Of a stretch of DNA of 42,383 nucleotides, positions 9,287-17,763 are shown piece after piece. The stretch comes from a virus. Under the pieces are notes generated by a model, which saw nothing but the letters and a program-made list of their open reading frames with translations, searched no databases and had not been told where the DNA came from. Position 1 is the stretch's first letter, and the number at the start of each line of letters is the position of its first letter. The stretch is taken from positions 1 to 42,383 of IMG/VR virus record IMGVR_UViG_3300034072_000964; one strand, 5' to 3'. The position numbers and the translations under genes were made by a program.

Positions 9287-9514
9287 TTAAACCTCTTCAG
9301 GCGCATTCAGGCTTATAGTAAGATCATGTTCCGGCTGTACCATGTACCCAAAGCAAGATCCGGCATCAATCTCTTTTATAAAAACGCCATTAGAATATAA
9401 ATAATATTTCTTATTTTGGCTGTTATTCGTTATAGAGATCTGGTTTATATCTTCTATAGGCGGAATTTCTTCAACCGGAAAATCTTCAGCTGGAATTTCA
9501 TTTTCATCTGTCAT
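9287..9514 (-). CDS. Hypothetical acidic protein
   Basis: 75 aa, translationally coupled on both sides (4-nt overlap upstream, 2-nt gap downstream). Confidence 0.5.
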   Translation of the reverse strand: MTDENEIPAEDFPVEEIPPIEDINQISITNNSQNKKYYLYSNGVFIKEIDAGSCFGYMVQPEHDLTISLNAPEEV

Positions 9515-10029
9515 GGCGTTACAAAATAAACCGTTTGAGCATCTTTAGTTGTCAATGCGGCATATGCCGCGGCATTCAATGTTACTTCATTCAAAACTTT
9601 TGATGCGCCTGTAATTCCAGTTACATCAGAACGGATGAAAAGACTTGTATCAGCGGCGGGGCCAGTCGCTCCGGTTGCGCCAGTTGGCCCAGCTGGGCCT
9701 TGCGCTCCAGTATCCCCTTTGGGGCCTTGCGCGCCCGTTGCGCCAGTCGCGCCTGTATCGCCTTTAGGCCCCTGAGCGCCAGTTGCTCCAGTATCGCCCT
9801 TGGCTCCAGCTGGGCCAGCGATTCCTTGCGCTCCAGTTGCCCCTGTTGGGCCAGCTGGCCCTTGAATGCCTTGCGCGCCCTGAGCGCCTGTATCGCCCTT
9901 AATTCCTTGCGGCCCCGCGGGGCCAGCTATACCTGGGGGGCCTTGCTCAGCAACGCCAATTACATCAATCTGGATAGAGCCGCCAACCTCTATTGAATTT
10001 TGAGCTACTATAACATTTACTGTTGACAT
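9511..10029 (-). CDS. Collagen-like triple-helix repeat protein (fibre shaft)
   Basis: 172 aa with 32 uninterrupted G-X-Y triplets (aa 30-125), flanked by short non-repeat N- and C-terminal domains. Confidence 0.9.
   Translation of the reverse strand: MSTVNVIVAQNSIEVGGSIQIDVIGVAEQGPPGIAGPAGPQGIKGDTGAQGAQGIQGPAGPTGATGAQGIAGPAGAKGDTGATGAQGPKGDTGATGATGAQGPKGDTGAQGPAGPTGATGATGPAADTSLFIRSDVTGITGASKVLNEVTLNAAAYAALTTKDAQTVYFVTP
9655..9942 (-). repeat. Collagen G-X-Y coding repeat, 32 triplets
   Basis: Runs from [21 protein letters not shown]... to ...GATGATGPA. The 9-nt periodic GGN CCN NNN units are visible in the DNA. Confidence 0.9.
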
Positions 10030-10368
10030 TTATTTTACCTCAACTGATGCGATTAAATACGGAATAACATCCGCCCCCGTATCCAAAAGCCATTTAAGGT
10101 TATAAAATCCCGCATCAATTTCTTCATCAGCTTCAAGCCGGAAATTTAATTGGCCGTTTGAACCGCCAACAGAAATTGAATTTGTTTCATCGAAATCATA
10201 AGAATTTGAGCAACATCCATTTGCGCCCGATTTCTCAAGGCTCAGCGCACTCTTGAATCCTGTAACATCATAAGGATTGCCATCAGGATCTTTCCAAGTG
10301 GTTTTAATTTCAAAAGTTGTTCCTTTTAAAATCAAAATTGTATCTGGATAAATTCCTGGATTATACAT
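10030..10368 (-). CDS. Small beta-rich (Ig-like?) structural protein
   Basis: 112 aa. FEIKTTWKDPDGNPYDVTGF...FYNLKWLL resembles Ig-like phage decoration or fibre domains. Abuts both neighbours with no gap. Confidence 0.45.
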   Translation of the reverse strand: MYNPGIYPDTILILKGTTFEIKTTWKDPDGNPYDVTGFKSALSLEKSGANGCCSNSYDFDETNSISVGGSNGQLNFRLEADEEIDAGFYNLKWLLDTGADVIPYLIASVEVK

Positions 10369-10653
10369 TTATGCCCCCAGATCGCGCCGCAATATATGAA
10401 GGCGTTTTTCAACCGTTTCATCAATATGATATTGGCCTTCAGTATTTTTATCTTCCCGATTTTCAAACCATCCGGCAACCATTTGACAAACTGAAATTTT
10501 TGCCAAATCATCATTGGGCATGGCATAGCCAAGAAATTTTGAAATGTATTTCTCAGCCGCGCTGATCATTGCATTCAAAATTGTATCTTGACTCGTATCA
10601 TCCGAGTCAAGTCTCAACCATTCTTTAACCATGCTCAATGATGTTACTGGCAT
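10369..10653 (-). CDS. Head-tail connector (gp6-like, Phage_connect_1)
   Basis: 94 aa. VKEWLRLDSDDTSQDTILNAMISAAEKYISKFLG is the typical N-terminal motif of gp6-like connectors. Confidence 0.65.
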   Translation of the reverse strand: MPVTSLSMVKEWLRLDSDDTSQDTILNAMISAAEKYISKFLGYAMPNDDLAKISVCQMVAGWFENREDKNTEGQYHIDETVEKRLHILRRDLGA

Positions 10654-10656
10654 TTA

Positions 10657-10869
10657 TTATTTAGTTTCCGCTGGCTTGCCAGCTTTGTTTGCATGGCGCG
10701 CTTTTTCTTTGCGCTCAGCGGCAACATCCGTTTCACCGATAAGGCCGCGCTCAGTGAGGGCTTTAATATCGCCAGCGCTGAATTTTTCAGTATCAATTTC
10801 TTGGCCTTGATGGAACATACCGATGCCCGATTGATGGAACGAGTCCTGAGCAAAAAGTTTTTTCGACAT
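10657..10869 (-). CDS. Hypothetical protein downstream of the major capsid gene
   Basis: 70 aa. AAAGGAGAT RBS ahead of ATG 10869. Confidence 0.55.
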   Translation of the reverse strand: MSKKLFAQDSFHQSGIGMFHQGQEIDTEKFSAGDIKALTERGLIGETDVAAERKEKARHANKAGKPAETK

Positions 10870-10915
10870 TTGGAAGATCTCCTTTAGGTTTCATATATGA
10901 GGCTTCATTATAGAC

Positions 10916-10946
10916 AAAAAAAGAGGGCTATGAAAGCCCTCTTTTC
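10916..10946 (-). terminator. Rho-independent terminator after the major capsid gene
   Basis: The minus strand reads AGAGGGCT-TTCAT-AGCCCTCT followed by TTTTTT: an 8-bp GC-rich stem, a 5-nt loop and a T run, 26 nt after the capsid stop. Confidence 0.7.
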
Positions 10947-10971
10947 CCCATCATGGCAGATGATCTATCTA

Positions 10972-12198
10972 TTAGGCAACAAGGCCCAGATCGCCTTTAA
11001 TGAAGGCTTCAGGACGGTAAACCGCCAGCGCAAGGCGCTCTTCAGCCAGGATTGTAACCAAGTTTTTAACAAAGTTATCCTGATCTTCAGTTGAAACCAG
11101 AACCGCGGCATCTTCCCGATCAAAAACTTGCGCGCCCATACCGAAAGAGCCAACAAGGAATTTATCGGTTGTCATTGCCTGGGTTGCGACAACTGGCAAG
11201 CCCCAAAGCGTTGGGGAAGCAACGCCTTTTGGATCGCCGATAATGTAACGGCCCTGAGTATCTTTCAATGTTTCCATTGCAGACCATTGAATCGGATTCA
11301 GGATCGTACCATCAGCCGGATATTCGGCCAGCATTGCCTGAAGCATAGCAAGGCGGATAATATCCAGGATGTTGGCAGTACCAACAATGCCGCCAACAGG
11401 CGCGCTGTAAGCTGTTGCCTGAGTATAGATCCCGTTCAGGTTTCCACCCGTTCCGGAACCCATCAAAAGCTGAAGCTCTTCAGCGTATTCCAGACCGTAT
11501 TTCAAACGGCCATCAATGTAAGATTCCATCATTGGCGCATCAGCCAAAATTTGTTTGGAAGCCTTGACATAGTGGGCGATTGTTACAACGCTGGAATTTT
11601 GCAAGCTAAACGCAATATCAGATTGCGCCTTTGCAGTACCTTCAGCGCCTTGAACCGCGGCCATGTTTTGAAAGCCAGTTTCCTGGACATATTCAATGGC
11701 GTTGGAATCAGTACGGCCTTTAGCGATCAAATCGCGGACGGTCATACGGCGCTGGCCTGGGGTAAGGAACGGGCTAACAATGCGATCATTCCGCACGTTT
11801 GCGCCGCCAGCTCCAGTTCCAGTTGTCGCGCTGGTAATGGTTGTAACGGCCTTTACGTTCATACCGTATTTGCCTTTGCCTTTTTGTTGAGTAAAGGATT
11901 TATATCCTTCATCTTCAATAAAGCGCTGGCCCAGAGATTTTTCGGCTTGATCTTCAGAACCGCCGCGGCGATTAAGTTTTTGCTCAAGCTCTTCAATGCG
12001 GGAAACGCCTTTTTTGGCATCTTCAGCAAGTTGGAGCATCAGTTCATTATGCTTTGTAAGCATATCATCAACTTCAGCTTTGGTTTTTTCGCTCATTTCC
12101 ACGCCTTTTTTAGACTCGGCAAGAGCTTTTTCGCCAGCCTCTTTGACTTGATCCGCGATCTTGTCCAGGCGTTCTTTTACTTCAACATCAACAGGCAT
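10972..12198 (-). CDS. Major capsid protein, HK97 fold, with N-terminal delta (scaffold) domain
   Basis: 408 aa. A coiled-coil N-terminal ~100 aa is followed by a typical HK97-family body. It follows the prohead protease. Confidence 0.9.
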   Translation of the reverse strand: MPVDVEVKERLDKIADQVKEAGEKALAESKKGVEMSEKTKAEVDDMLTKHNELMLQLAEDAKKGVSRIEELEQKLNRRGGSEDQAEKSLGQRFIEDEGYKSFTQQKGKGKYGMNVKAVTTITSATTGTGAGGANVRNDRIVSPFLTPGQRRMTVRDLIAKGRTDSNAIEYVQETGFQNMAAVQGAEGTAKAQSDIAFSLQNSSVVTIAHYVKASKQILADAPMMESYIDGRLKYGLEYAEELQLLMGSGTGGNLNGIYTQATAYSAPVGGIVGTANILDIIRLAMLQAMLAEYPADGTILNPIQWSAMETLKDTQGRYIIGDPKGVASPTLWGLPVVATQAMTTDKFLVGSFGMGAQVFDREDAAVLVSTEDQDNFVKNLVTILAEERLALAVYRPEAFIKGDLGLVA

Positions 12199-12212
12199 TT
12201 TTCGATTCCTTC

Positions 12213-12923
12213 TTAAAAGGTTGGGAGTTTAAAATCATCCAAGGATTGAATGATTCGGTTTTTCGCATCTTCAGCCGCGGACTCGCTCCGCAACAAATAC
12301 TTCAACCCGTTGTTTGCGATTGCAACGGATTGAGTTTTTGAAAACCCTGACTCCCTCAGGAAATCTTCAAATTCTTTTAGGCTGGGAAGTTTTCCAGCGC
12401 TGATTTTGTTCTTTACGGCATCAATGCGCGCCGAGTCAAGCATTGGAAACGTGACTTGAGAAACTTCATAAAGATCAATATCAATTAATGTTCTGGTATA
12501 ATTCCAATCATCATCATCATCAATTTCAATAGAGTATTCCTTGACTCCATATCCAATTGATAGGCCAGTAACAGCGCCTTCCCGCATCAGCGCATAGGCT
12601 TCTTTTGATTTTTGGACTTCATCAATGAGCAAACGGCCCTTTACAAAAAGCCCTTTTTCATCTTCATAAATTTCATCATAGACTCCAATCGGTTCATCCC
12701 ATTTATGTTGCCAAAGAACGGGAAATTTGCGCTTTAAACCCTCTTGTTCTTTCAAAGTACGGGTAAAAGCGCCCTTTTGGACTATATCGCCGCCAAAATC
12801 CTCTTCCCCAAAAAGGGACGCATAACCCGTAAAAATACCCTTTTCATCAACCGATTTAACGGAAAATGAAAGATCTTTATGCTCTTTTTTAGGGGCCGCA
12901 ATGGTGTAATTTTTCTGATTCAT
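12213..12923 (-). CDS. Prohead maturation protease, HK97 family (S78/U35)
   Basis: 236 aa. GYASLFGEEDFGGDIVQKGAF...LWQHKWDEPIGV is typical. It lies between portal and capsid. Confidence 0.9.
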   Translation of the reverse strand: MNQKNYTIAAPKKEHKDLSFSVKSVDEKGIFTGYASLFGEEDFGGDIVQKGAFTRTLKEQEGLKRKFPVLWQHKWDEPIGVYDEIYEDEKGLFVKGRLLIDEVQKSKEAYALMREGAVTGLSIGYGVKEYSIEIDDDDDWNYTRTLIDIDLYEVSQVTFPMLDSARIDAVKNKISAGKLPSLKEFEDFLRESGFSKTQSVAIANNGLKYLLRSESAAEDAKNRIIQSLDDFKLPTF

Positions 12924-12938
12924 GGCGCTTTTACCTTA

Positions 12939-14249
12939 CTATACTTTCTCAGGATCATCAACATGGGGAATAGTCATATCTTTTATATTCAAAATCGTTT
13001 TCTGATCGCCGTTATTGGCTGGCGCTGGAGTTGTCGCGGTTCCGCGGGGAATCTTATCCAGATCCTTGAGATTTACAAGCGCCGATTGAACAGTAAGCTC
13101 TTCAGATCCCGCTTTGTAAGGCAAGTTTTCTTTGCGGCGAATTTCAGCGCGATCCATCCAGCCATTTTGGGATGCCGATGCATAAAGAGCGGCGCGGCCC
13201 GAAGAATCGGCCCTCAGGAACGCATCAATATTAAATTCACAGAATAAATCATCCTTTTGCTCAGATGGAATCAAAGAGCGCGCCATTTCTTGTTCAAGTG
13301 ATTTTATAATTGGATGAATCGTATAGGTTAAAAAGCCCAGATTTATTTGCTCGACTCCCGTTCCCCACATTGTCGTATTGGCAGAATGGCCAATCAATAC
13401 AGGCGGGACTCCAAACCAGCGGCAAACCTCTTCAATTGAGAAAGAGCGGGATGCAATCAGCTCAGCATCTTCAGGCGTTAATCCCAGCGCCTCAAATGTC
13501 ATACCGCCTTCTAAAACCAGCGTTCCGCCATTCTTTGTTAAATTTCCAAATTGAGCGGCAATATTATCTTTAAAAAGCTGGCGTTGCTCATTTGTCAAAG
13601 TTTTTTCAACTTTCAAAATCCCCGTTTTTTGCATTCCGCGGGAATAGATTTTTGAAGTTGTTGATTCCTGATCTAACGAAATACCAAAACTTTGATTGGC
13701 ATACGAAATGACGGAAAGACCAGTACGGCCATTGATCGTAAACCCCTTATGATGAAAAATTTCATCTTCAGTGTATTCATTCCGGCCCAACCGATCCTGA
13801 TAGATGTAAGTTACAGATCCATCCTTGTTTTCTCGCAAGCTCATTAGGGCCGGATGCAAAAGCTCAAGAGAAACAAGGGCGCGATTTTTGCCAGAGCCGC
13901 GGAAAGTTTTCAGGGCGTATGCATTCCCCCAAAGAAGGCGGCAAGCTATGAAGGCGCAAAAAAATGTAAATGCGGTCATGTCCGCATTTGGGGAACGCCG
14001 TAAAATTTTATAAAGAGGATTATCCCGCTCAAGGATTTTATCGCCATATGTATCCAGAGAAAAAACGCCGCATGGAAGCGCGGCGATACTTTGAGAGATC
14101 AAACGGACGCAAGCGAAAACCGCGGAAATTGTAAGGGCCGTTTCTGTATTAACTGGCCTTGTACAATCATCGCCGCGGCCAAAAATCTTTCCGCTCTTAT
14201 CCGTTAATTTTACTCTTTGGCTTATCCAATTTGTGAGTCCGAAAATCAA
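12939..14249 (-). CDS. Portal protein, HK97 family
   Basis: 436 aa. ..ALTISAVFACVRLISQSIAALP.. is the conserved portal N-terminal block. TTG start at 14249 with AGGA upstream, and no in-frame ATG nearby. Confidence 0.9.
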   Translation of the reverse strand: MIFGLTNWISQRVKLTDKSGKIFGRGDDCTRPVNTETALTISAVFACVRLISQSIAALPCGVFSLDTYGDKILERDNPLYKILRRSPNADMTAFTFFCAFIACRLLWGNAYALKTFRGSGKNRALVSLELLHPALMSLRENKDGSVTYIYQDRLGRNEYTEDEIFHHKGFTINGRTGLSVISYANQSFGISLDQESTTSKIYSRGMQKTGILKVEKTLTNEQRQLFKDNIAAQFGNLTKNGGTLVLEGGMTFEALGLTPEDAELIASRSFSIEEVCRWFGVPPVLIGHSANTTMWGTGVEQINLGFLTYTIHPIIKSLEQEMARSLIPSEQKDDLFCEFNIDAFLRADSSGRAALYASASQNGWMDRAEIRRKENLPYKAGSEELTVQSALVNLKDLDKIPRGTATTPAPANNGDQKTILNIKDMTIPHVDDPEKV

Positions 14250-14310
14250 GGCGGGGATTCCTGAATAAAAGATTATTTTCCGACATTTTACTATAAAGGC
14301 GATTTATTAC

Positions 14311-14346
14311 AAGCAAAAGAAAAGCCCCCAATTAAGAGGGCTTTTC
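14311..14346 (-). terminator. Putative intrinsic terminator between the 78-aa gene and the portal gene
   Basis: The minus strand reads GAAAAGCCC-(10-nt loop)-GGGCTTTTC followed by TTTTGCTT. Confidence 0.45.
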
Positions 14347-14361
14347 CCAGCAAAACCGCAA

Positions 14362-14598
14362 TTAAGCGGCGGAATCAGCTTCTGTAATGTCCAGATAGTA
14401 TTCCTTGCCTTCAGCAAATTTGCCTTTTACAGCATCATTATCAACCGTAATTTGCAAAGATCCGTTTGGCGTTGCTTTCGCAAAAGATTCATTCTCTTCA
14501 GTTCCGCCCAGAACGGCTGAGAATGTTACTTGTTCCGATGTTTCGCCCAGCTGAACAACTGATTGGCAACGGAATTTGGCGCGGGTTACAGATTTCAT
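14362..14598 (-). CDS. Hypothetical small protein between terL and portal
   Basis: 78 aa (MKSVTRAKFRCQSVVQLGE...GKEYYLDITEA). Followed by a hairpin with a T run. Confidence 0.6.
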   Translation of the reverse strand: MKSVTRAKFRCQSVVQLGETSEQVTFSAVLGGTEENESFAKATPNGSLQITVDNDAVKGKFAEGKEYYLDITEADSAA

Positions 14599-14629
14599 TT
14601 CAAGATCCTTTTCAAGAGTTAAATTTAAC

Positions 14630-16180
14630 TCAGCAAACTATAGGCGAATTTAAAAAGCCGTCAAGGTTATCATCCGGCTCTGGCGGCTTCTCAGCAACAA
14701 ACTCAGAAATGGCCAGCGCAACAGCTCCATCAATCCGGCCTGTTGATTTTTTCTTATTCAATTTTCTGTTATCCGTTGCATCCGTTTCAACTGATGAATT
14801 GGCAACGCACATTGTTAAAACAGGATGGCCCCCATGCCTGTAAGATCCATTCAGTAATTTCTTTTCCATGCCTTCGATGGCAACGGTCATATCTTTGAAT
14901 CCTTGTCCGACTTCAACAAGGTTTATATTAAAATCAATTTTATCCAGCTCTTTTTTCAACAGCGCTATGCGCCATCTATCGTATCCCATAGCGACAATAT
15001 CAACATCCTTGAGGATCTGGGCCATGCGTAAAGCGACAAACTCATAATCAATCGTATGCCCTGGGCAAGCCTCAATATATCCTTGCTGATACCAAACATC
15101 ATATGGCGCTCTATCCCGCTTTGCGCGCTCAATTAAATTCTCTAATGGAGTCCAGAAATAAGAATATACCGGAAAAGAATTTGTTTCCGGATGATAACCC
15201 TGCAAAACCATAGCCGTTAAATCCGTTTTACCGGAAAGATCCAATCCGCCTGTTATGTTGATGCATTCAGAAATAGGCGGCGGATTTGCCCCTGATTTTT
15301 TCCAGATCTCTTGCGTTACAAACGGGCTGGAAGTTGTAACCCGCATATTTAGATTTAAGTTTTTAAAAGTATTTGTAAAAGTTGGCATCCGATTTGCTTT
15401 ATCGGCTTGCTTTCTCATATCGGCTTCAGATCTGAATATTCCCAGCGCTGGATTTGCTTTCTTCCATTGCTTTTCATCCATTACATCCGCATCAGCATCA
15501 GCGCAATGAACATGGCAAACCATCTTTTCCGGTTTATTCGTTTCATAATCATCAATCAAAATGCTCAACAGATCGCCATTGTTCTGGGCCTGAGTCGAAA
15601 TATAAAACAGCAAAGCATTTTTATATGCTCCCTGGGCCGTTGTAATCGCATCAATAAAATCCGATTGCGGCCCTTTGACTTGCCCAACTTCATCCAGAAT
15701 GGCAACAATCGGGCTTTTACCATGCGCGGTTTTGGCATCAGCTGATGTTGCCTGATATTCAACATTCATTTTCAAGCCAATAAGTTTTTTCCCCGATGGA
15801 ATAATTTTAATTCTGTCCCTGAGCTTTGGAGATAGATTTATTGTTTTGCTGGCAAGGTTAAAGACTTCAGCGGCTTGCTCTTTGCTCATAGCGCCAGAAA
15901 CGATACGGGAATTTTCAACCGCTTCAGGCCCAACCAAATGGGCCAATACGATAAAAGCAATCAAAGCGGTTTTTGCATTTTTCCGCGCAATCGAAAGAAT
16001 GGCTGTATCTGTAATGAACGGGTTATCATATACATCAATGATAAAATCTTTTTGAAACTGGAGCAATACAACAGGCTGGCCCATCAGATCGCCTTCAGGA
16101 ACAACGCAAAAACGCTCTATAAATGCAATGACGCGCTGGCCGCGGGTTAGTGGCTTAGGTTGTTGATTCTTCATTATCAT
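14630..16180 (-). CDS. terL: Terminase large subunit (Terminase_1-like)
   Basis: 516 aa. LLQFQKDFI... and the deviant Walker A in SIARKNAKTALIAF are present, with a nuclease-type C-terminal half. It lies upstream of the portal. Confidence 0.9.
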   Translation of the reverse strand: MIMKNQQPKPLTRGQRVIAFIERFCVVPEGDLMGQPVVLLQFQKDFIIDVYDNPFITDTAILSIARKNAKTALIAFIVLAHLVGPEAVENSRIVSGAMSKEQAAEVFNLASKTINLSPKLRDRIKIIPSGKKLIGLKMNVEYQATSADAKTAHGKSPIVAILDEVGQVKGPQSDFIDAITTAQGAYKNALLFYISTQAQNNGDLLSILIDDYETNKPEKMVCHVHCADADADVMDEKQWKKANPALGIFRSEADMRKQADKANRMPTFTNTFKNLNLNMRVTTSSPFVTQEIWKKSGANPPPISECINITGGLDLSGKTDLTAMVLQGYHPETNSFPVYSYFWTPLENLIERAKRDRAPYDVWYQQGYIEACPGHTIDYEFVALRMAQILKDVDIVAMGYDRWRIALLKKELDKIDFNINLVEVGQGFKDMTVAIEGMEKKLLNGSYRHGGHPVLTMCVANSSVETDATDNRKLNKKKSTGRIDGAVALAISEFVAEKPPEPDDNLDGFLNSPIVC

Positions 16181-16940
16181 CTATAAAGCATCCACAACCG
16201 CCGAAATCATATTTTTCATCCGGCTCAAGCTCCATCTTTTCAAATTGTTCCAGCGTAATGTAATGCTGTTTTTTGTTTATTGTTTTTCTCAGAAACGGAT
16301 GATCCAGATCCGGATTTTCTTCAACAAGTTTTTTCTGTTGCTGTTTATGCCATTCAAAACGCTCAGGGAAATTTTCCCTTAATTTTGCAAATTGAGCCAA
16401 TCCAGCGCGGACGCAAAAACCGCCGCAATTGTTATGAGCGAAACCCATCTTATATAATCTAGGCAATTCAATGTTGTATTGCTTTAAAAGATCAAGCCTT
16501 TGGCCATGAGTCATAAAGCTCCCTCTTTCGCAAAGAGGCGCTATAACTTTATAATCTGGATTATTTTTTTGCGCTCTGGGAAGCCTATGCTCTTCCTCAA
16601 GATCAATTCCCAAAACAAGAATAGGCGGCGATTCAAAAGTTTTTAGATATTTTTCCATCTGGACTCGCTTCAGGAAAATTGAGCATTGAGCTTTGCGCGT
16701 ATTGCCTTGATATTTTACATCCCTGAAAACTTCCCACGGATTCCGGCCATCAGTTAATTTTACAAGTGGTAAATTTAACTTGGCCGCGCTTTCGTCTAAA
16801 AATCTGTAAAGATCTTCATCTTCAATAAGTGTATCGCAAAATGCCAGCTGTATATCAGCTGGATCAACTTGCTGTTTTAAAATATGAGCCGCGGCAAAAG
16901 ATCCAAGACCACCGGAATAAGAAACAACATATTTCATCAA
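16155..16940 (-). CDS. PP-loop ATP pyrophosphatase / PAPS-reductase-like protein
   Basis: 261 aa. The N-terminal VVSYSGGLGS is an SGGxDS-type PP-loop. The C-terminal half has the Cys pairs NNCGGFC and GGCGCF. It overlaps terS by 4 nt and terL by 26 nt. Confidence 0.65.
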   Translation of the reverse strand: MMKYVVSYSGGLGSFAAAHILKQQVDPADIQLAFCDTLIEDEDLYRFLDESAAKLNLPLVKLTDGRNPWEVFRDVKYQGNTRKAQCSIFLKRVQMEKYLKTFESPPILVLGIDLEEEHRLPRAQKNNPDYKVIAPLCERGSFMTHGQRLDLLKQYNIELPRLYKMGFAHNNCGGFCVRAGLAQFAKLRENFPERFEWHKQQQKKLVEENPDLDHPFLRKTINKKQHYITLEQFEKMELEPDEKYDFGGCGCFIDDNEESTT

Positions 16941-17437
16941 TTCAAACTCCCAGGGCTTGCCAACAGATCATCATCATCCATTTCATGCGCCGCTTCAATA
17001 TCACGGCCCATCTTGCGGCGCTTTGCAACATCCCGCGCCTCGCCCATTACAGCGCGCCCATGAATGGATAGACTCCGGCGCATGGTTGAAATAATGGTTG
17101 CCTCCATAGCAACAGCGGCGCGCCTTGGATTTGATACTGGCCCCTTTGCCCCTTCGATTGTTGGGCCTTCAGCGCGCAGATCCTGAATATCGGAATCGTA
17201 ATCCGTCATGGTTTTTGCCAGCAATGCGGCCAGCCGGATTCTATGCGGAGTCCATTCCAGCTTTGGGGCCTCTTGAATTATCTCTTCAAAATTTTTTGTA
17301 TCGGCCTCAGTCATTTCAATATTTGATGGCGGTTTTATTTTCTTCCCCGCATGGCGCGCAACCTCAGCCGCCCCCGTTACGGAATCAATCCTTGACTTTT
17401 TGTCTTTTCCTTTGTTGGATTTTTTGGCGGGGGGCAT
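16937..17437 (-). CDS. terS: Terminase small subunit (P27-family-like)
   Basis: 166 aa. A basic N-terminus and a helical body, at the first position of the packaging operon, downstream of an HNH gene as in HK97-like cos phages. Confidence 0.55.
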   Translation of the reverse strand: MPPAKKSNKGKDKKSRIDSVTGAAEVARHAGKKIKPPSNIEMTEADTKNFEEIIQEAPKLEWTPHRIRLAALLAKTMTDYDSDIQDLRAEGPTIEGAKGPVSNPRRAAVAMEATIISTMRRSLSIHGRAVMGEARDVAKRRKMGRDIEAAHEMDDDDLLASPGSLN

Positions 17438-17517
17438 AGGTATATGTTCCTAGTTTTTTGTGTTAGCATTTGTTCTGAGTGATGGGGGCGGTCAAATGGG
17501 CATTTGCATAAAAGTTT

Positions 17518-17763
17518 TTACCCACCCCTCCCCATCAGGGTTTCCATATCAATTTTTTTATAGTTTCCGTATCTTTCCTTGCTTTCATAATAAAATCTTA
17601 ACACTTCATCAGAGAAATGCAAAGCCAACTTACCATGAGCAATAATCATTTGACTCTTATTTAATTCAGTCAATTGATTCGCAAAAATAATATCTTTATG
17701 AGATTGGAGAATTACATCATGCCATAAAGGATCTAACAACAGAGTCATATGCATCTTAGCCAT
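17518..17763 (-). CDS. Hypothetical protein
   Basis: 81 aa. Overlaps the upstream ORF by 8 nt. Confidence 0.5.
   Translation of the reverse strand: MAKMHMTLLLDPLWHDVILQSHKDIIFANQLTELNKSQMIIAHGKLALHFSDEVLRFYYESKERYGNYKKIDMETLMGRGG

Noticed and set aside
9655-9942. Periodic repeat that could be mistaken for a CRISPR-like or tandem-repeat array
   Set aside because: The period is 9 nt, in frame, and encodes G-X-Y collagen triplets inside a continuous ORF. There is no repeat-spacer structure.
11128-12216. 362-aa plus-strand ORF, the longest unassigned ORF in the track
   Set aside because: It lies entirely antisense to the clearly recognisable HK97-type major capsid gene. Its product is low-complexity (Phe/Ser/Ala/Asn-rich), it has no RBS, and it breaks the co-directional operon. 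It is a typical shadow ORF.
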